A stretch of DNA of 64,000 bases from Epiperipatus broadwayi (taxonomy: Eukaryota > Animalia > Onychophora): assembly GCA_028023455.1 (NCBI GenBank), contig JAQFVV010000010.1, positions 8,742,001-8,806,000 on the forward strand, read 5' to 3'. Both the position numbers and the translations under genes were made by a program. A model generated the notes under the pieces. That model searched no databases. It was given only the letters and a program-made list of their open reading frames with translations, and had not been told where the DNA came from. Positions 40,554 to 54,282 of the stretch are shown here, one piece after another (positions within the stretch are counted from its first letter, which is position 1; every line of letters begins with the position of its first letter).

Positions 40554-43500
40554 CAACACTTAATATTAGATGATGGAAATAGACCAACATATAATTATAT
40601 ACTACTAAAATGTCATCATCACAAACCTTCAGGAAATCACTAATAATGATATATAAATTACATCTTTACTCATGAAATGTTTTTTACATTTGGAGTGCAA
40701 CAAAAATTATATCTGTAAAAATGTTTGAGTCGCTAGAAATGCACATATCTCTAATAAACACTCATTTGTGTTTGGAAATTACATATTTAATAAAATCTTT
40801 GAAAGTAATCTTACTAAAATAAATCTTGTCTATGATAATTACTACAATCTTTTCTATATCTATTATTCTTAAAATCAGATAGCACTATTTCTTATATATA
40901 TATTTCTAAAACATTTCATTAATATTGAGCTAACATACTATAGAATATTTTTAAATTTCTTCAGTTATGCCATCAGAACTCACATTACTTAATTTTTAAA
41001 ATTATATAGAGTTATTAGCATTATTACTGGACATTTTTATGCAAAACAAAATGGATCAGTAAAATGGATATATTATGAAACACAGTCATAATTATGCAAA
41101 AGATTAGCAAATGTTTTTTCTCAATATGTTCAAAATATTATATAGAAAGATCATTTGATAATTAAATAATGTCATGATAGCATTTTGGACTCCATATAAT
41201 TTTTTAATGTATCAAAAAAATCGAAAATGACAGTAATTAATAAATGATTGGGTCACTTTTATACTTTCAATCCATTAATACAAATTTCATCATATTACTC
41301 ATGGAATTTCACACATTTTTTGTTATTCAGAAAAAAAAAGAAATAACTAATCATGATTTATATTTTTAGTAAATCCAAAAACATTTCTTTATCACTGTTT
41401 TTTAACAGAACTGCATACTTCAGTAAGATAACTACTTTGGAAATCCATATTAACAATAAACAGTTATTGAAATGTAGTATAACAATTTCTTTTAAAAAAA
41501 AACACTACATTTTTGAAACACTATAGCCATAACATGATCCATTGTTAATGTCACTGCCATTCGAATTTTGGAATATGCTAATTTTTGATCTATTAACAAA
41601 ATAATTATAAGTACTCGTGTAACATTAACTTTTTCTGTAACTATAGTATAATCCATAGAAAGTCATTGTTTAGAGCATGAATTCATTCCAGTTTCTTCTA
41701 TGAAATCTTTTTTACCTAATCAAAATGCTCTTGATAATGAATCATTTCGTGTACTGCATGAAAAATCTATATAATACACCATTTAAAATCATAAAAGCAA
41801 TTAGTTATTCTAATAAATTTAGAATGTAGTTTGATTATTCTTATGAGCATATAAATTAAGATTTACATAAGATCAAGAAACATACCTTGATATATATGTA
41901 AATCAAAACTGTAAAAAATTAATTAAGTCATCAATAGATTGACTTCTTTAAAATTATTAAACAAGTCAGCAATCCAGAAAAATGAATAATTAAATAATTC
42001 CTTATTATTTTCTTTGAAATGGACTATTATTATTGCTAATTTTTTAGTGATTCTGAAAAAGCTGAATTTATTGTCCCAAATAAAAGTCCCCCTCCCCATT
42101 ATTTAAATTAATTATAATTTATTCTATAAGGATATATATATATATAGAAACATCTATAAATATCCTTTACAAGAAGTAAAAAACAAAAGAAATCTATTTA
42201 ATTTATAAGATTTAGTTTAATTTCTGACTTGAAACGTGATATATAATGTGAATCCAGTATATAGACCATGAACCAAACATCTGACTTAATTTTTAATTTA
42301 TAAAATTACTTTTTCAAAAAATAAATTATGCAAAATTTTAAAAACTAATTTCAATAGTAAAAAAAATATTAATATAACTTATGTACAAGTTTACTCTAGT
42401 AAATCTTAAAATTGATAAAAATTTATACAAGTTAACTCACTATAATAGATAATGTCAATCAATAAAAATGAATGTAGAAAATACAATTAAAATCATGTTA
42501 GCACAAAGAATATGATATATTATTGAAATATATTTAGCTATACAAAAAATAAATATAAAATCTGGGAAAATAATGCACTGCATAATAAAATGATTCACTG
42601 CTTGAAAAGTTATCTAATGTTTGAATGTTCTATAGATAGACACATTTCTATTCAGCTAGTATGAATCAAGTTTTTTTATGTTGCTGAAATTAAAAATCAT
42701 TCCTGAAATGTATACACAAAATAAAATGGTCTATTTCTTAAGATGTCATGTGATGTTACAATACTGATAAATCTTTAAGACTTTGTGACTATCAGTCTAT
42801 CATTGCATTAACCTTAATATAATAAAATGAAAATCAAAAATAATTTTAAGAACTTCAATAATTTTTATTATGCTTTAAAAATATGTAAGTGAAAATAAAA
42901 TTCGAAATTCCTGAACATTGAAACTATATGATTATCAATACCTATAGAAGCAGCTGCTATAATGAATGCAACTGAATATATTTGTACAAAAGAATTTTGT
43001 GATAGAGAAATGGGTTCATCAATCAGACATAGCCTTGACCTTATATTCAACTCTGGACAGAATTTAAATTTTTTAGAGGCAGCTGAGGATTTTCAATTTT
43101 TTTTTGTAAATTATTTTTGTTTTGGATTTTATCGTATTAAGTGTAATGTCTTGAATAATTTAATGTAGTGTTTGAATTATGGATTTTAGAGATAAAGATC
43201 CCTGGATCGAACTTCAACTCTGTTCCACCAATACTTGAACAAATGATGAACCATTTTATGTTGTAGTGGAGTTTAGCATGAACATTTAGGTAACTGATAC
43301 ATATTCAATATGTCTAGCCTGATTATTATTTGGTAAATGATTACTTACTTTTTCTTAGTTAAATGATAATCAAATAAAAAAGATTTATTTTCATAACTGT
43401 CATTTTGACTAGTCAAATGAATAATACTTTATCCTTCCCTGGACTTTTTAATTGAGTTATGCAGAAAAATCTGTGCATTTTATTTAAAATTGTTTTAATA

Positions 43501-44809
43501 TATATAAATGTAATAGTAGAAGCACACAAATAACGTTAGAATCTTGCAAAAGATACTATATCTAAATGTCAATCAAACAAAATAAATTTTGTTTAAATGA
43601 CAATTAGGCTTTCTGCAGAATTTTGACATTATTTGTGTTATAGTTGAAGATTTGTAGCCTTTAATAAATTTTCATAACATATCATGACATATATTCATAA
43701 TTACATGATATATATATATGAGTGCGTTTGAAAATGTATATATATATCACACAAACGAGATTTGCAAATCGTATCCAAATATTACAACGAGCAACAAATA
43801 TCTCTATGTTTTATAATAGTACTTAAAATATTAGTCTGATTAAAATATAATAAAACATTGATATACACAAAATTCAATTCTCTTAAGCCTATATTGCTTT
43901 AAGTTTACAGAACTCTGAAGTATTGAATTTAAAAATTTAATAAAATTATTTAAAGAATTTTTTTTTCTACTTCTTTAAGAAAAAGCATTAGAAGAATTCA
44001 AAAATGTATTTGTTTAAAACAAATTTTAATTTTCTTACTGAATATCAAGTTATCAATTATTAATACCTAAAAACATTTTTTTTTAAAAAAATTCATATCA
44101 ATATTAATGGATTTTCAAAAACTTTGATGTTTTTATTTTTAAATGATAATAAAAAATATTTTTAAATAATTAATTAAAAATAAAATAATCTATAGTTTTT
44201 TTTTCACTTTGGCTTTTAAAGAATTGTAATTAAATTTTACAGAATTTGTTTATTTTAAAATTATATTTATTAAGTAAAAAATGGAGATATCAATATATTG
44301 TTGTTTTTTTCCTTTGTTGTTAACATATAGATGGATATCAGTGATATGTTTTTTAAAATTTGAAAGAGTGAAATTTATGTTTTAAATTTTTTTAAAAAAG
44401 GGGGAGGGTGTGTGTAAAGAGAATAAATTAGGAATTAAAAAAGAAGTGACTTCAATAATAGATGATATTGAATAAAGAAGGATTTATAAACAGATATATT
44501 CATCTTTTCTACTGTAATTCTGATACAAAAATATTTATAACTATTATGATTGTAAGCAGTTAGTACATCTGACTATGATGCTCATAATCTGGAATTATCA
44601 ATCAAAGTAAAACTTGGAAAATCTATCACATAACTGAGGAGTTCCAAGCAAACTTAGGATTGTTTTATGTCATTAACACACATACTGATCAGTAAATAAA
44701 TATCTAACTATTATTAGAAAATGGTAATATAAGAAAACTATTATTGATCAATGACAAATTTTTCTTTGCATGACCTTTATTTTTTATTTTATACTCAAAT
44801 GCATATATT

Positions 44810-45395
44810 TGAAATACAGGCATTTTTCATATACCTGGAGCTTGATTATAAATACAGGGAATCTGAACACAGATTTTCAAGTACCTTTCAACTATCCACA
44901 CTATCTATCACTTATACACATGACCACCCAATGTAGAAAAGATAAATAATAAATATGCATATTTTGTGCTGAACCAGTACTCATTAGTTGGTCCAGATCA
45001 TCATCTCTCACACACACATATATATATATAATCAGTGCTCAATTTATATTAAGATAGCAAATTCTTCATACTTTAATAGACAGGCTTCAATCTACTCCAA
45101 CTCTTCAACCATCCATCTGATGATGAAATCCTCAAATCCCATGCTGATATGAAGATTTGCTATCTTAATATAAACTGAGCACTGATTATATATATGTGTG
45201 TGGAAAACGATCTAGACCAATGATGAGTGCTGGTTCAGCATGTAATATGTATATTGGTGATTATTTATCTTTTTTACATGTGTGTGGTCATGTGAACCAT
45301 GGCATGAGATAGTGTGGATAGTTGAAAAGTGCTTGAAAGTCTGTGTTCAAATCCACTCTTTTTAAATACATGTGTATGTTCGATATTAAACTCAA
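44810..45395. mobile_element. F1 fold-back insertion with two mutated hammerheads
   Basis: Antisense arm to ~45070, ~77-bp spacer, sense arm from ~45147; hammerhead remnants at 44951-44992 (-) and 45216-45258 (+). Confidence 0.85.
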
Positions 45396-47365
45396 GCAGG
45401 CTACTGTAGACCCAAATGATGCATAGTTGAATGTCTATCAGATATAAAATATAACTTTAAATAACCAATAAACAATACTTGAAGGAAAAACATCACCTGC
45501 TGCCTGGTATGATAGTGTCAGTTCACCAAGAATTAAATACTATTTTTATGCAATGAGTATTTTTTGTCAGCTCTCTGCATTAGGCCCTGGTCATCAGGAG
45601 CTTCTCATGTCATCAGTCCTCTCCCTGAAGTAACCACGACAAAGATAATATGTGTATATCCACAATGTTATTCTTTAACTACAAGCTTGAAATGGCTCAA
45701 AATTTTTATTCCGCTTATCTTTTCCATAAACTGTCATTACTGAAAAAGCAATAACAAAGACATGTTTAATGGATTTGAAATCTTTAATTTCAATCTTTTT
45801 ATGAGGCAGTATAGTGATTAATGAATTGTGCTGAAATTAAATTAGGAATAAACTAGACAAATTTGTAAGTTAAAAGAGACCTCATTGCTTATCATGGGAA
45901 TTAAAGAGATTCAGTATTAATGATCTAGAAATGGCCTATCACACAATCTGGTTACGATGACTGGCAACATTAATTGAAGTAGTACAAATAATTGTAAAAT
46001 CAATAATGTTAATGGTGGTTAAGTAAAAAATAATGGTAGCAATTAAGATAAATATTTTAATTTATTTTTCTAGATATATATATAATATAATATGCAAACA
46101 TTAATTAATACAAACTTTTCAAGACATCTGACCAGAGAATAGAATGTAGTTAAAGTATAAAGATTTAAGATTGACATAGCTACTCATATTGAAATCATTT
46201 TCTAGAGGTAATAGATTAAATGAACTTAAGTGTCTTCTTTTTTTTTTTGAAAGGGCAGATCGTTTAATTCATTTTACTATATAGTTTAGATTGTTTATAT
46301 TATATATGACCAAGAAATAGACCATAATCCATAAAATTCAGCATTTTACCAAGCTACAAAGTTTATGACTGTATATTTGAGTTGAAACTTATTATTTAAA
46401 GTTTTTCTTTTAACAATTCATGACAAGATAATCTATAATATTGAGACAAGATATTCACACTTTTTGAACTAAAGAGGGGGGTTGTTTCACTATTATTTTA
46501 AGTGAAGATATAAGCAATTTGATTAAGGTTATTAGATATGAATACAATTTATTAGATATATTTTATAAAAATGTCAGCTATTTCACCATTATGTCAAAAT
46601 GAAAAGACTAGTGATTTGATTATAGTTATTATATGTTCATCATGAGTAAATTTATAAAGTTTTTATTAACAGTTGACTGCAATAAATAAAATTATCTGAA
46701 AATAATAATCAGTGGTAATTTCATGTTTATTTGTTGTTGTTTATCTTTTTTTTCTTAGTCTGAAAAGAAAAGAACATTTTGCCAAGTTAAGGCAAAATGC
46801 CTAGTATAAGATTATCTACCCAATCATGGTGATAAAGGCAAGCAAAATGACTCTTTTAAAGTTTTACTTGCCTGGATTTTGAATGCACTAAACTTTTGCG
46901 AAGACTGTTTTTCCATTCACTGGTATTTATACCTTTTAGTCAGCTGATGTGAGGATTAACTCATATTTCTTATCATGCTTTGGTGTTTCCTTATTTTTAC
47001 TGAAAAATTTAAAAGAATTGCCAAGGCTCCAGAAAATGCAGAAGAAAGACACTGATTTTTGAATTAAGATGGCAATTTTTTCAGATGCAATTCAAAATGA
47101 AGAGAAAAAATAATAATAATTTCAAACTTTTCAATTTTTCATTTGTTTCTAATTTTAAATTTTTTTACAGTTGTTTATTTAAAACAAGTAATCTATACAA
47201 TTATCCCAGAGTTCTCTTATATTTCCTAAATCAATTTAAAATACCTTTAATTAAATTACACTATCAAATTAATATCTCTTTAAATTAAGCAAACTAAATC
47301 AATTATTCTAGTTCTACATTTATAAATTGACTAAATCTAAACACACAAACTTTCATACATTATAG

Positions 47366-47550
47366 CAATGATTCTCAACCTTCCTAAGGCTGTGACACTT
47401 TAATACAGTTCCTTATGTTGTGGTTCCCCCCAACCTGTAATTTTGCTACTGTTATGAATTGAAAATATGTGTTTCCAGTGGTTGTATGAACCCTGTGAAA
47501 GGATAGTTTGACCCTCAAAGGGGTCATGACCCACAGGATGAGAACTGCTG
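47366..47550 (+). mobile_element. hAT-Charlie MITE, SPIN non-autonomous / URR1-like
   Basis: TIRs caatgattctcaacc / ggatgagaactgctg; perfect 8-bp TSD cattatag at 47358-47365 and 47551-47558; internal sequence recognised from memory as the rodent URR1/SPIN MITE. Confidence 0.85.
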
Positions 47551-47971
47551 CATTATAGGAACTGTTTGTTCTACAACTTTAAGAAAATGTTATCTTAAAT
47601 GTAATTATTTTATTCTAAAATGTTGTTATGCTTAATTCATTATCCTATTCTTTATTTATTTTATAAAATATTTATTTTATGTGTGTCTGTCTTTATTTGT
47701 CTACAAAATTTGGTGGTGTTTTTTCATAATAATGACAAAATGCAAATGTATACATTTTTATATAAGTGTTGATTAGAAAATCTGCTTGGGAAGACATTTT
47801 TAAATCCTTTATAAAATTATATTTTCTCTTAAGAATTAATCTAAGAGATTTTTGGACTGATAGTCACAATTATATTTGCTTAACCAGAAAAAATAAAGTC
47901 AATAAAATTTTTATAGTTTTTGAGTTATACTAGACAATTACAGTAGTAACTGTAAGGTTACAATATATATT

Positions 47972-48655
47972 TATTGTTATTTCTACCAAAAGCAATTCAA
48001 CCAAGTTTAATTCTATGATTAATTTCATCCATTATGTTTCCATCTGTAGTAATAATCTGTCCAAGGTTTGTAGTTGTTAACTTCTTCTAACTCATCATAA
48101 TCAATCTTTATTTTCATCTTTTGAGAAAATCCATTGAACATTACTTTAGTCTTTTTAACATTTATCTTTAGTTCTACTTTCTTACTTTCATCTATGTATT
48201 GAAAAGGAAGGTTTTTAATAAATATGTTTTACCAGTTCTTACTTATGAATCTGAGACTTGGGTCCTTAATAGAAAAGCAATATAGAGACTTCAGACCACT
48301 CAAAGAAGTATGGAGAGATTCATGTTAGAAGTAACAAGAAGAGATCGAAAATGCAATATATGAGTAAGAGAACAAACAGGTGTTACTGACCTCATTGTAA
48401 AAATTAAATGACTGAAGTGGAATTGAGCTGGACATATTTTTAGAAGAAATGATAATAGATGGACAATTGAAATCTTTACTGGATTCCAAGAGATTGCAAA
48501 AGACCCAGAAAGAGACAAGTTAGATGGATGGATGAAATAAGAAAGTGCGCAAGAGTGATGTGGAGAAAAAAAACTAAAGACTGAAGAAAATGGATTGAAC
48601 TTGGAAAGACCTTCATCCTGCAATGGATTGATAATTGTTCATGATGATGATGTTA
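47972..48655. mobile_element. RTE LINE 3' end with 5' inversion
   Basis: 47972-48193 is minus-strand RT (DESKKVELKINVKKTKVM...); 48194-48655 is the following plus-strand segment ending in (TGA)n; about 20 bp lost at the breakpoint. Confidence 0.85.
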
Positions 48656-49511
48656 TATACATATATGTTATATTGATCTTTAAAATTTGAGTTCCTATAT
48701 TATGTTGAAATATTTCTAAGTATTTTTGATACAATGTAAAAAGGGCCAAGCTTCTCATTATTGCCTAAATTATTTGAATGCATTAAAATAATATAAGTTT
48801 TCTTTTTTATGTATATTTGAAGTTTTATAAGGAATTATCTGTAGAATTGTATTATTTTGTAGTGATGAAATTTTACATGTAATACTATATGTATTTTGCA
48901 TACTTTGTAACACACTATGTTTAGTATATTTAGCTTTTCTGCCAAAAATATTTGACATAGTATTGTAAAATTATGCAGTAGATATTATAATAATTAGATA
49001 AAGATCATATAACACATTTTATATTAGTCACTTAATAATTATCTAATTTTAAAGTTCATTTTAATGTTTATATAAACAATCTTTTTCAATTAGTGGTATG
49101 TTCAATAACATATAAAAATACATTTATATATTACATTAACATGGTCAGTTTTGAATAACAGAGTTCATTAATTTATGTCTTTAAACCCTCTGATGTTATA
49201 CATTATACTGATAACTTAATTTATTATTACTTCCAATTTTGGAAATAAACTAATTTTGTATTTATTAAATCATTTTGACTTTCATATTTCATATTTTTGC
49301 ATTCATCATCTAATTGATAATTTTTGGTTACATAATATCATAATATATTTATGTAAAAAGATACTGATTTTTTAAAAGATAACATCATTACTATTAGTTG
49401 CTATTATTTGTATCATATTTTAAAATATTAATGCTTAGTTACTGTAAAATATAATTTAGATAATTTATAATTAATTAATAAAATCCTAATAAGGATATTT
49501 GGAAAAGCTTG

Positions 49512-49557
49512 CCCCTCACTGACAAAAGCCAACAGCTAGAAACCGGTCTGGGGATAG
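49512..49557 (+). ncRNA. Stand-alone F2-type minimal hammerhead between 19-bp direct repeats
   Basis: CCCCTCA-CTGACAA-A-AGC caaca GCT-A-GAAA-CCGG-TC-TGGGGA; flanks ggatatt(t/c)ggaaaagcttg at 49493-49511 and 49558-49576. Confidence 0.75.
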
Positions 49558-50892
49558 GGATATTCGGAAAAGCTTGTCAAGAGCTATTCACGTTCATTAT
49601 ATAACATGGTTATATAGACACTATGCCTTATTTTGCTTTAGGCACTATTTTGATTAAACAAATTTATTCTTTTTTCCTTTTTGCTATTTATATTGTTTTT
49701 ATTCATGTTGAATTAGTATTCATCCAAATGTTTTTGTTTTAATTCATCTAATCCTCAAAACAAGGTTTGTGATCACATAATATTTAATCAAAAGTAAAAT
49801 TAATAGAGTACTACCAATCCAGTTATTTTTCTTCAAAATTATAAAAAGTTAATTTAAAATAGGTGGAGCCAAAATTTGTGAAATTGTTTTTCTATATAAA
49901 TAAGTGGGGAAAAAACCCAGAATTATGTTTTCGATTTAAGAAAAAATTATTGACTTCCATTAATTTTTTCAACATTTATATTAATATTTTGAAAACTAAA
50001 TATCTTTCTCTAATTATATGAAATCATTTTATGCTTCTGTTTAAATTTACCTGATCATTATTATTTTTAACAATTTTGTTAAAATACAAACTTTCATAGG
50101 ATAAATGCTCTTTTCTTCAAATCAAAATAAAAACAGTAACCACTTTCTTTTAAAATTTTTATTATTATCATGAATTCTTTTCCCTCTATCTCAGGAAGCT
50201 TTTTGTCTGTTGTCATTTATTGCCATGAGATTCTGATTCAAAATTTCAGATTAAAATATTTATTCCTAAAATATAGTGAGCTTCCCATATGAATGATAAG
50301 ATGTATATTTAACCTTCCAAAGGAAACAATATTTACAATCTTATAAGATTCTCTATACAATATTTTAGTATGTTTATGATTAGACTTCTGCCTTTCCATT
50401 TTCAAATTATTGCATTCCATATTTTATCATAAAAAGTTTCCATAACTACCTGGTTTTATAATTTATATGAATTTATTACTTACTTTCCAGGATTTTTGTC
50501 TCTTACTTCTAATGAAATGCATATTTTTAATAGTTTATATTTTTTATGGTAAAAACTTGTTTTAAGATAATGATATCAATTTCTGTGACATATCTTCACT
50601 GTTAACACTTTGCCATAGCCAAGTTATTTTGATTTCAAATTCTTTATCTTCTCAATTATGAATACAATTTCTTATTTGTTTTATTAGAATTATCAATGAC
50701 TACACATCGTCTTTATTTTCTATCACATTATTTAATTGGTGTTCAAGTTTTGACCACCTTTAGGATCACCTAAGACAAATTTCATTTTCTTTTCTCAAAA
50801 ATCTGTTTCTTCATACTCTGTCACATGTTGGTTTATCTGTAACTCCTTACACTTCAACTTGTATTCTTATTTGTCAGCTTAGTCAAAGTATT

Positions 50893-50986
50893 GGTGGTCG
50901 AGAGGTCAGTGACGGCTGCTTTACAAGCAGTTGTCCCGGATTAACGGGTTCGCTTTCCGGCTGATACTGTGACACATGAGAGAGAA
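50893..50986 (+). mobile_element. tRNA-derived short SINE (TAC-loop subfamily)
   Basis: Matches 13315-13410; TSD aaagtatt at 50885-50892 and 50987-50994. Confidence 0.85.
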
Positions 50987-51210
50987 AAAGTATTTTTTAT
51001 ACTGAATTGATTAAGCTTCTCTCTTTTTTTTCTCAATTGTTCAAAATTTGATATTGTTTTTTGATTAATTTTTGGTTTGAACTCCTCCATGAATAAGTCC
51101 ATTTATAAGATAAATTTATTTTAATATAACTTTATCATTTATTAGCAAATCACATTTTATTTTTAGTTTACCTTACTTAGAATTACTATCAGTCTTTCTA
51201 ACGCAATAAC

Positions 51211-51445
51211 ATATAAAAATGAGATAGTAGGGACCTCTACAGGTCTTAAACCACAAACTTCACCTATTTAAATAGAAAGTAGGTTGAAGTAAAGAAGGGT
51301 TCTCCTCTTTTCTTCCAAAGAGTAAGCTTGTGGTTTAAGATCTGTAGAGGTCCCTACTATCGCATTTTTATACGCATGTGCTTGAGGCTACAGCCTTAAT
51401 GAATATTACTTACTTAATCAATGTGCGTTTAAATAAATTTATAAT
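51211..51445. mobile_element. F4 insertion with Y-shaped centre
   Basis: tagtagggacctctacaggtcttaaaccacaa and its complement enclose two hairpins; TSD (t)aacgcaataac at 51199-51210 and 51445-51456. Confidence 0.85.
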
Positions 51446-52650
51446 AACGCAATAACGCTTTGACGTATGATTTTGAGGAAATTAATAATTAAGAATATCT
51501 GATAAGTATAGTGAAAATCATGCATGAAGGGGTGAAGGAGTATATACATGATAATATGTGTGTGCATTTATATTTGTATAAAAATAGGAATACTAAAATA
51601 TTCAGAATGTTGTTAATCAACTGTTTAAATTTAATCCCTTTAAATTACTATTTAATCCCTTTATACTTAAAAAATAACGATTATTACCAAGTGGCATTTA
51701 ATTTTTATAAAAATAAATTACCCTTTTTAAAGTTTACTCTAAGGATTATTAGACAATTTCTTTATTTATATATAAAAAAGCTTTCTTTCTCTCTCTTTTT
51801 TTAATAATACAAAAAAAAAATTACAAATTGTTTTTATATTTAGTACAAAAAATAATCCGGTTTAATGAAGAAACTATTTCATCATTTTAACGATTGCACA
51901 AATAAATTGTACTGTCTTGCAAAAACATTAATAAATCATATAATGAAAATTGAAACGAAAAAAAGTGAGAAATGAAAACCAAGAGAGCAATTGAATTAAA
52001 TAAATTCCAAATGGAGGAAAATCAATTATTTTATGAACAGCGACTAGGTTTGTTAGCCCACCTGGTTACTGCTCATATTCTCCAGTCTTAAATCATTTCC
52101 AAGTGAACAACGATTATGTTTTATTTGATAGGTATTTCATAATGGAGTTTCATCTATCTTTAAACATTGCCATTTGGATGGTTTTGAAATGTAGAATTTT
52201 AAGGAAATGATTTTTTCCCCTGCAGAATCTTCTTCCGAATCATTAATCAAAGTGACAATAAAGCGAAAAGAAAAAAAAGTAAAAGAACATTAAGATAACC
52301 AACTTGACCATTAACATTTCTTTTTAAAAGACTATGTTGTTATGTTAGAGTATTTTTTTAAAGTTTAAAATAAACATATATATATTATATAAAGCTAGTT
52401 CAATTAATGTTTCGTGGGAGGAAGTGGGAAGGAAATTAATATTTGAATTGAATAACTGTTTTGGTTAGATAATCATTTCAAAAAAACAAGCAAAAAAAAT
52501 TTTAAAACAGTAAAATAATTAATATATGTTTAAAAAGTGATTGCGATATTTAGGAAACCTGATTCTACAACTACGCAATAATTGAACAGCAACTTCGTCT
52601 TCAATATAACAAACCATCATCATTATTAACAAGAGTATGACCATTCTAAC

Positions 52651-53370
52651 TTTTTTTTTTCCATTGATGAAATGTTTATTCATAAAAAATAAAAAAACAG
52701 ATACAGTAAAATAAATGAAATTACAGGAGCAACATGGTAAGAGGGGAAGGATACATGTAAAAAGGGAATGGGAAATGGAGAGGGGAAATGGTGTGTAGTC
52801 CAGGCTGGTCAGAAATGCATGTCTTCGTGATTGAGTCCTATGACAGAGGTTAAGAGGATGGGAGTTGGAGGATTGCCCAAGTGTCTGTGAGGAGTAGAGG
52901 TGGGGCTAGTTTTATATCCTGGGTTTTGAGAGTGCGAATTAGATCCAAGAGCTTTTGATTGACTGAATGTATTCGCTGGTCAAGGATAATGACACATCGG
53001 AGCAACCAGAGAGCATAAATGAGAAAAACTGATAGTCTAATAGCTGCAAAGTCCCGTTTCTATGGATTCTTGGGAGGTTGAAGATGGTATTCCTGTGAGA
53101 GGAAAGGCAGGAGTTGATGACATTTCTCATACCAAGCAGAAAAAGGACATTGAAGTAGGAAGTGCAGGAGGGTTTCATTGTCAGTTTTACAGAGCTGGCA
53201 TATGGGAAAAAACCAACAAATGTAGAGGGATATAGGGATAGATAAAGTTCTATAATGGATACATTATCAAAAAAAAGCAGCAAAAAATAAACTATTGGTC
53301 TTAAAATTGTTGCAAGTATATTTAAAGAAAAGGAAATATGACTACACCTGCAAGACACTATTCTTTCATT
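52651..53370 (-). mobile_element. 5'-truncated Tx1/L1-clade LINE (ORF2 C-terminus, 3'UTR, polyA)
   Basis: PICQLCKTDNETLLHFLLQCPF zinc-finger motif at ~53141-53206; 3'UTR matches 31925-32070; polyT at 52651-52660. Confidence 0.85.
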
Positions 53371-53527
53371 GCAGCTAGGGTAGAGATATGAATGATGGCA
53401 TGGTTAAATAATAATAAAAAAGAAAATAAAAGAATACATGTGTAATTAAAGAATGAAAAAATAGCTTCACAAAACTTGTCTAGAATTTAAATAATGTTTA
53501 GAATAATCTCATCTCTAATGGACTCTG

Positions 53528-53595
53528 CATGGTTTGGCATAGTAATAAGCATCTGATTTAGGATCGGGAGGTCTCATGATCAATTCTGGTGCTCA
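53528..53595 (+). other. Decayed tRNA-like segment (possible old SINE head)
   Basis: TGGCATAGT A-box-like, CTGA-TTTAGGA-TCGG anticodon-like arm, GATCAATTC degenerate B box. Confidence 0.3.
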
Positions 53596-53876
53596 ATGGT
53601 CTGGCACTCAAACTTCTTATATTTCAGAAAAATAAAGCCAATAGCTTTTTTTTTATCGCTAGAGGGACTACAATCAAATGTAATTGGGATTAAAACTACA
53701 TATTGAAGTTAGAACTATGAAAAATTACAGTCATATAATTTTAATAACACATCAATATGACAACAGTAATAAAATAAACAAAAAAAACCCTTCAAATAAA
53801 AAAATAATATAATTTATAGAATGTTAAAATCTATATAGTGTTAAAATAAAATTTCAATGTCTATATGTAAGTTTTA

Positions 53877-54282
53877 ACTGAAATACAGGATAATTATATA
53901 CATGTATCAATATATGTAATATATAGGGTATATGAGCACAGACTTTCACACGAACCACCATTCTCCACTCTATCTCATAACACTGATAGATCTGAACACA
54001 TATTAAACAAGGCAAAACTCTCCATACAGTAATGCCATCTTGTGCCAACCAGGGTAATCAATGGATGCCAGAAGGCTTGTGCATAAATCCCTATCTAGTG
54101 CCTACTCATCCAATATCTCCAGACAATTATGTGCTATTATGAGATAGTGATCATGTGATGTTTAGTTGTTGAACACATATATGTCGATTATTTATCTTTT
54201 CAACATATTAGTGTTCAGGTGTATCAATGTTATGAGATAGAGTGGAGAGTGGTGGGTCATGTGAAAGTCTGTATTATATACC
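53877..54282. mobile_element. Chimeric F1/F2 fold-back insertion
   Basis: F1 antisense 53877-54002, F2 antisense 54003-54124, F2 sense ~54138-54165, F1 sense 54186-54282; TSD ctatatgtaagtttta at 53861-53876 and 54283-54298. Confidence 0.85.

Noticed and set aside
41400-41760. GPCR-like minus-strand phrase MAVTLTMDHVMAIVF
   Set aside because: No true DRY motif, stops nearby; likely chance in AT-rich sequence
45117-45140. CTGATGATGAAA in the F1 spacer
   Set aside because: No stem II or pairing stem I
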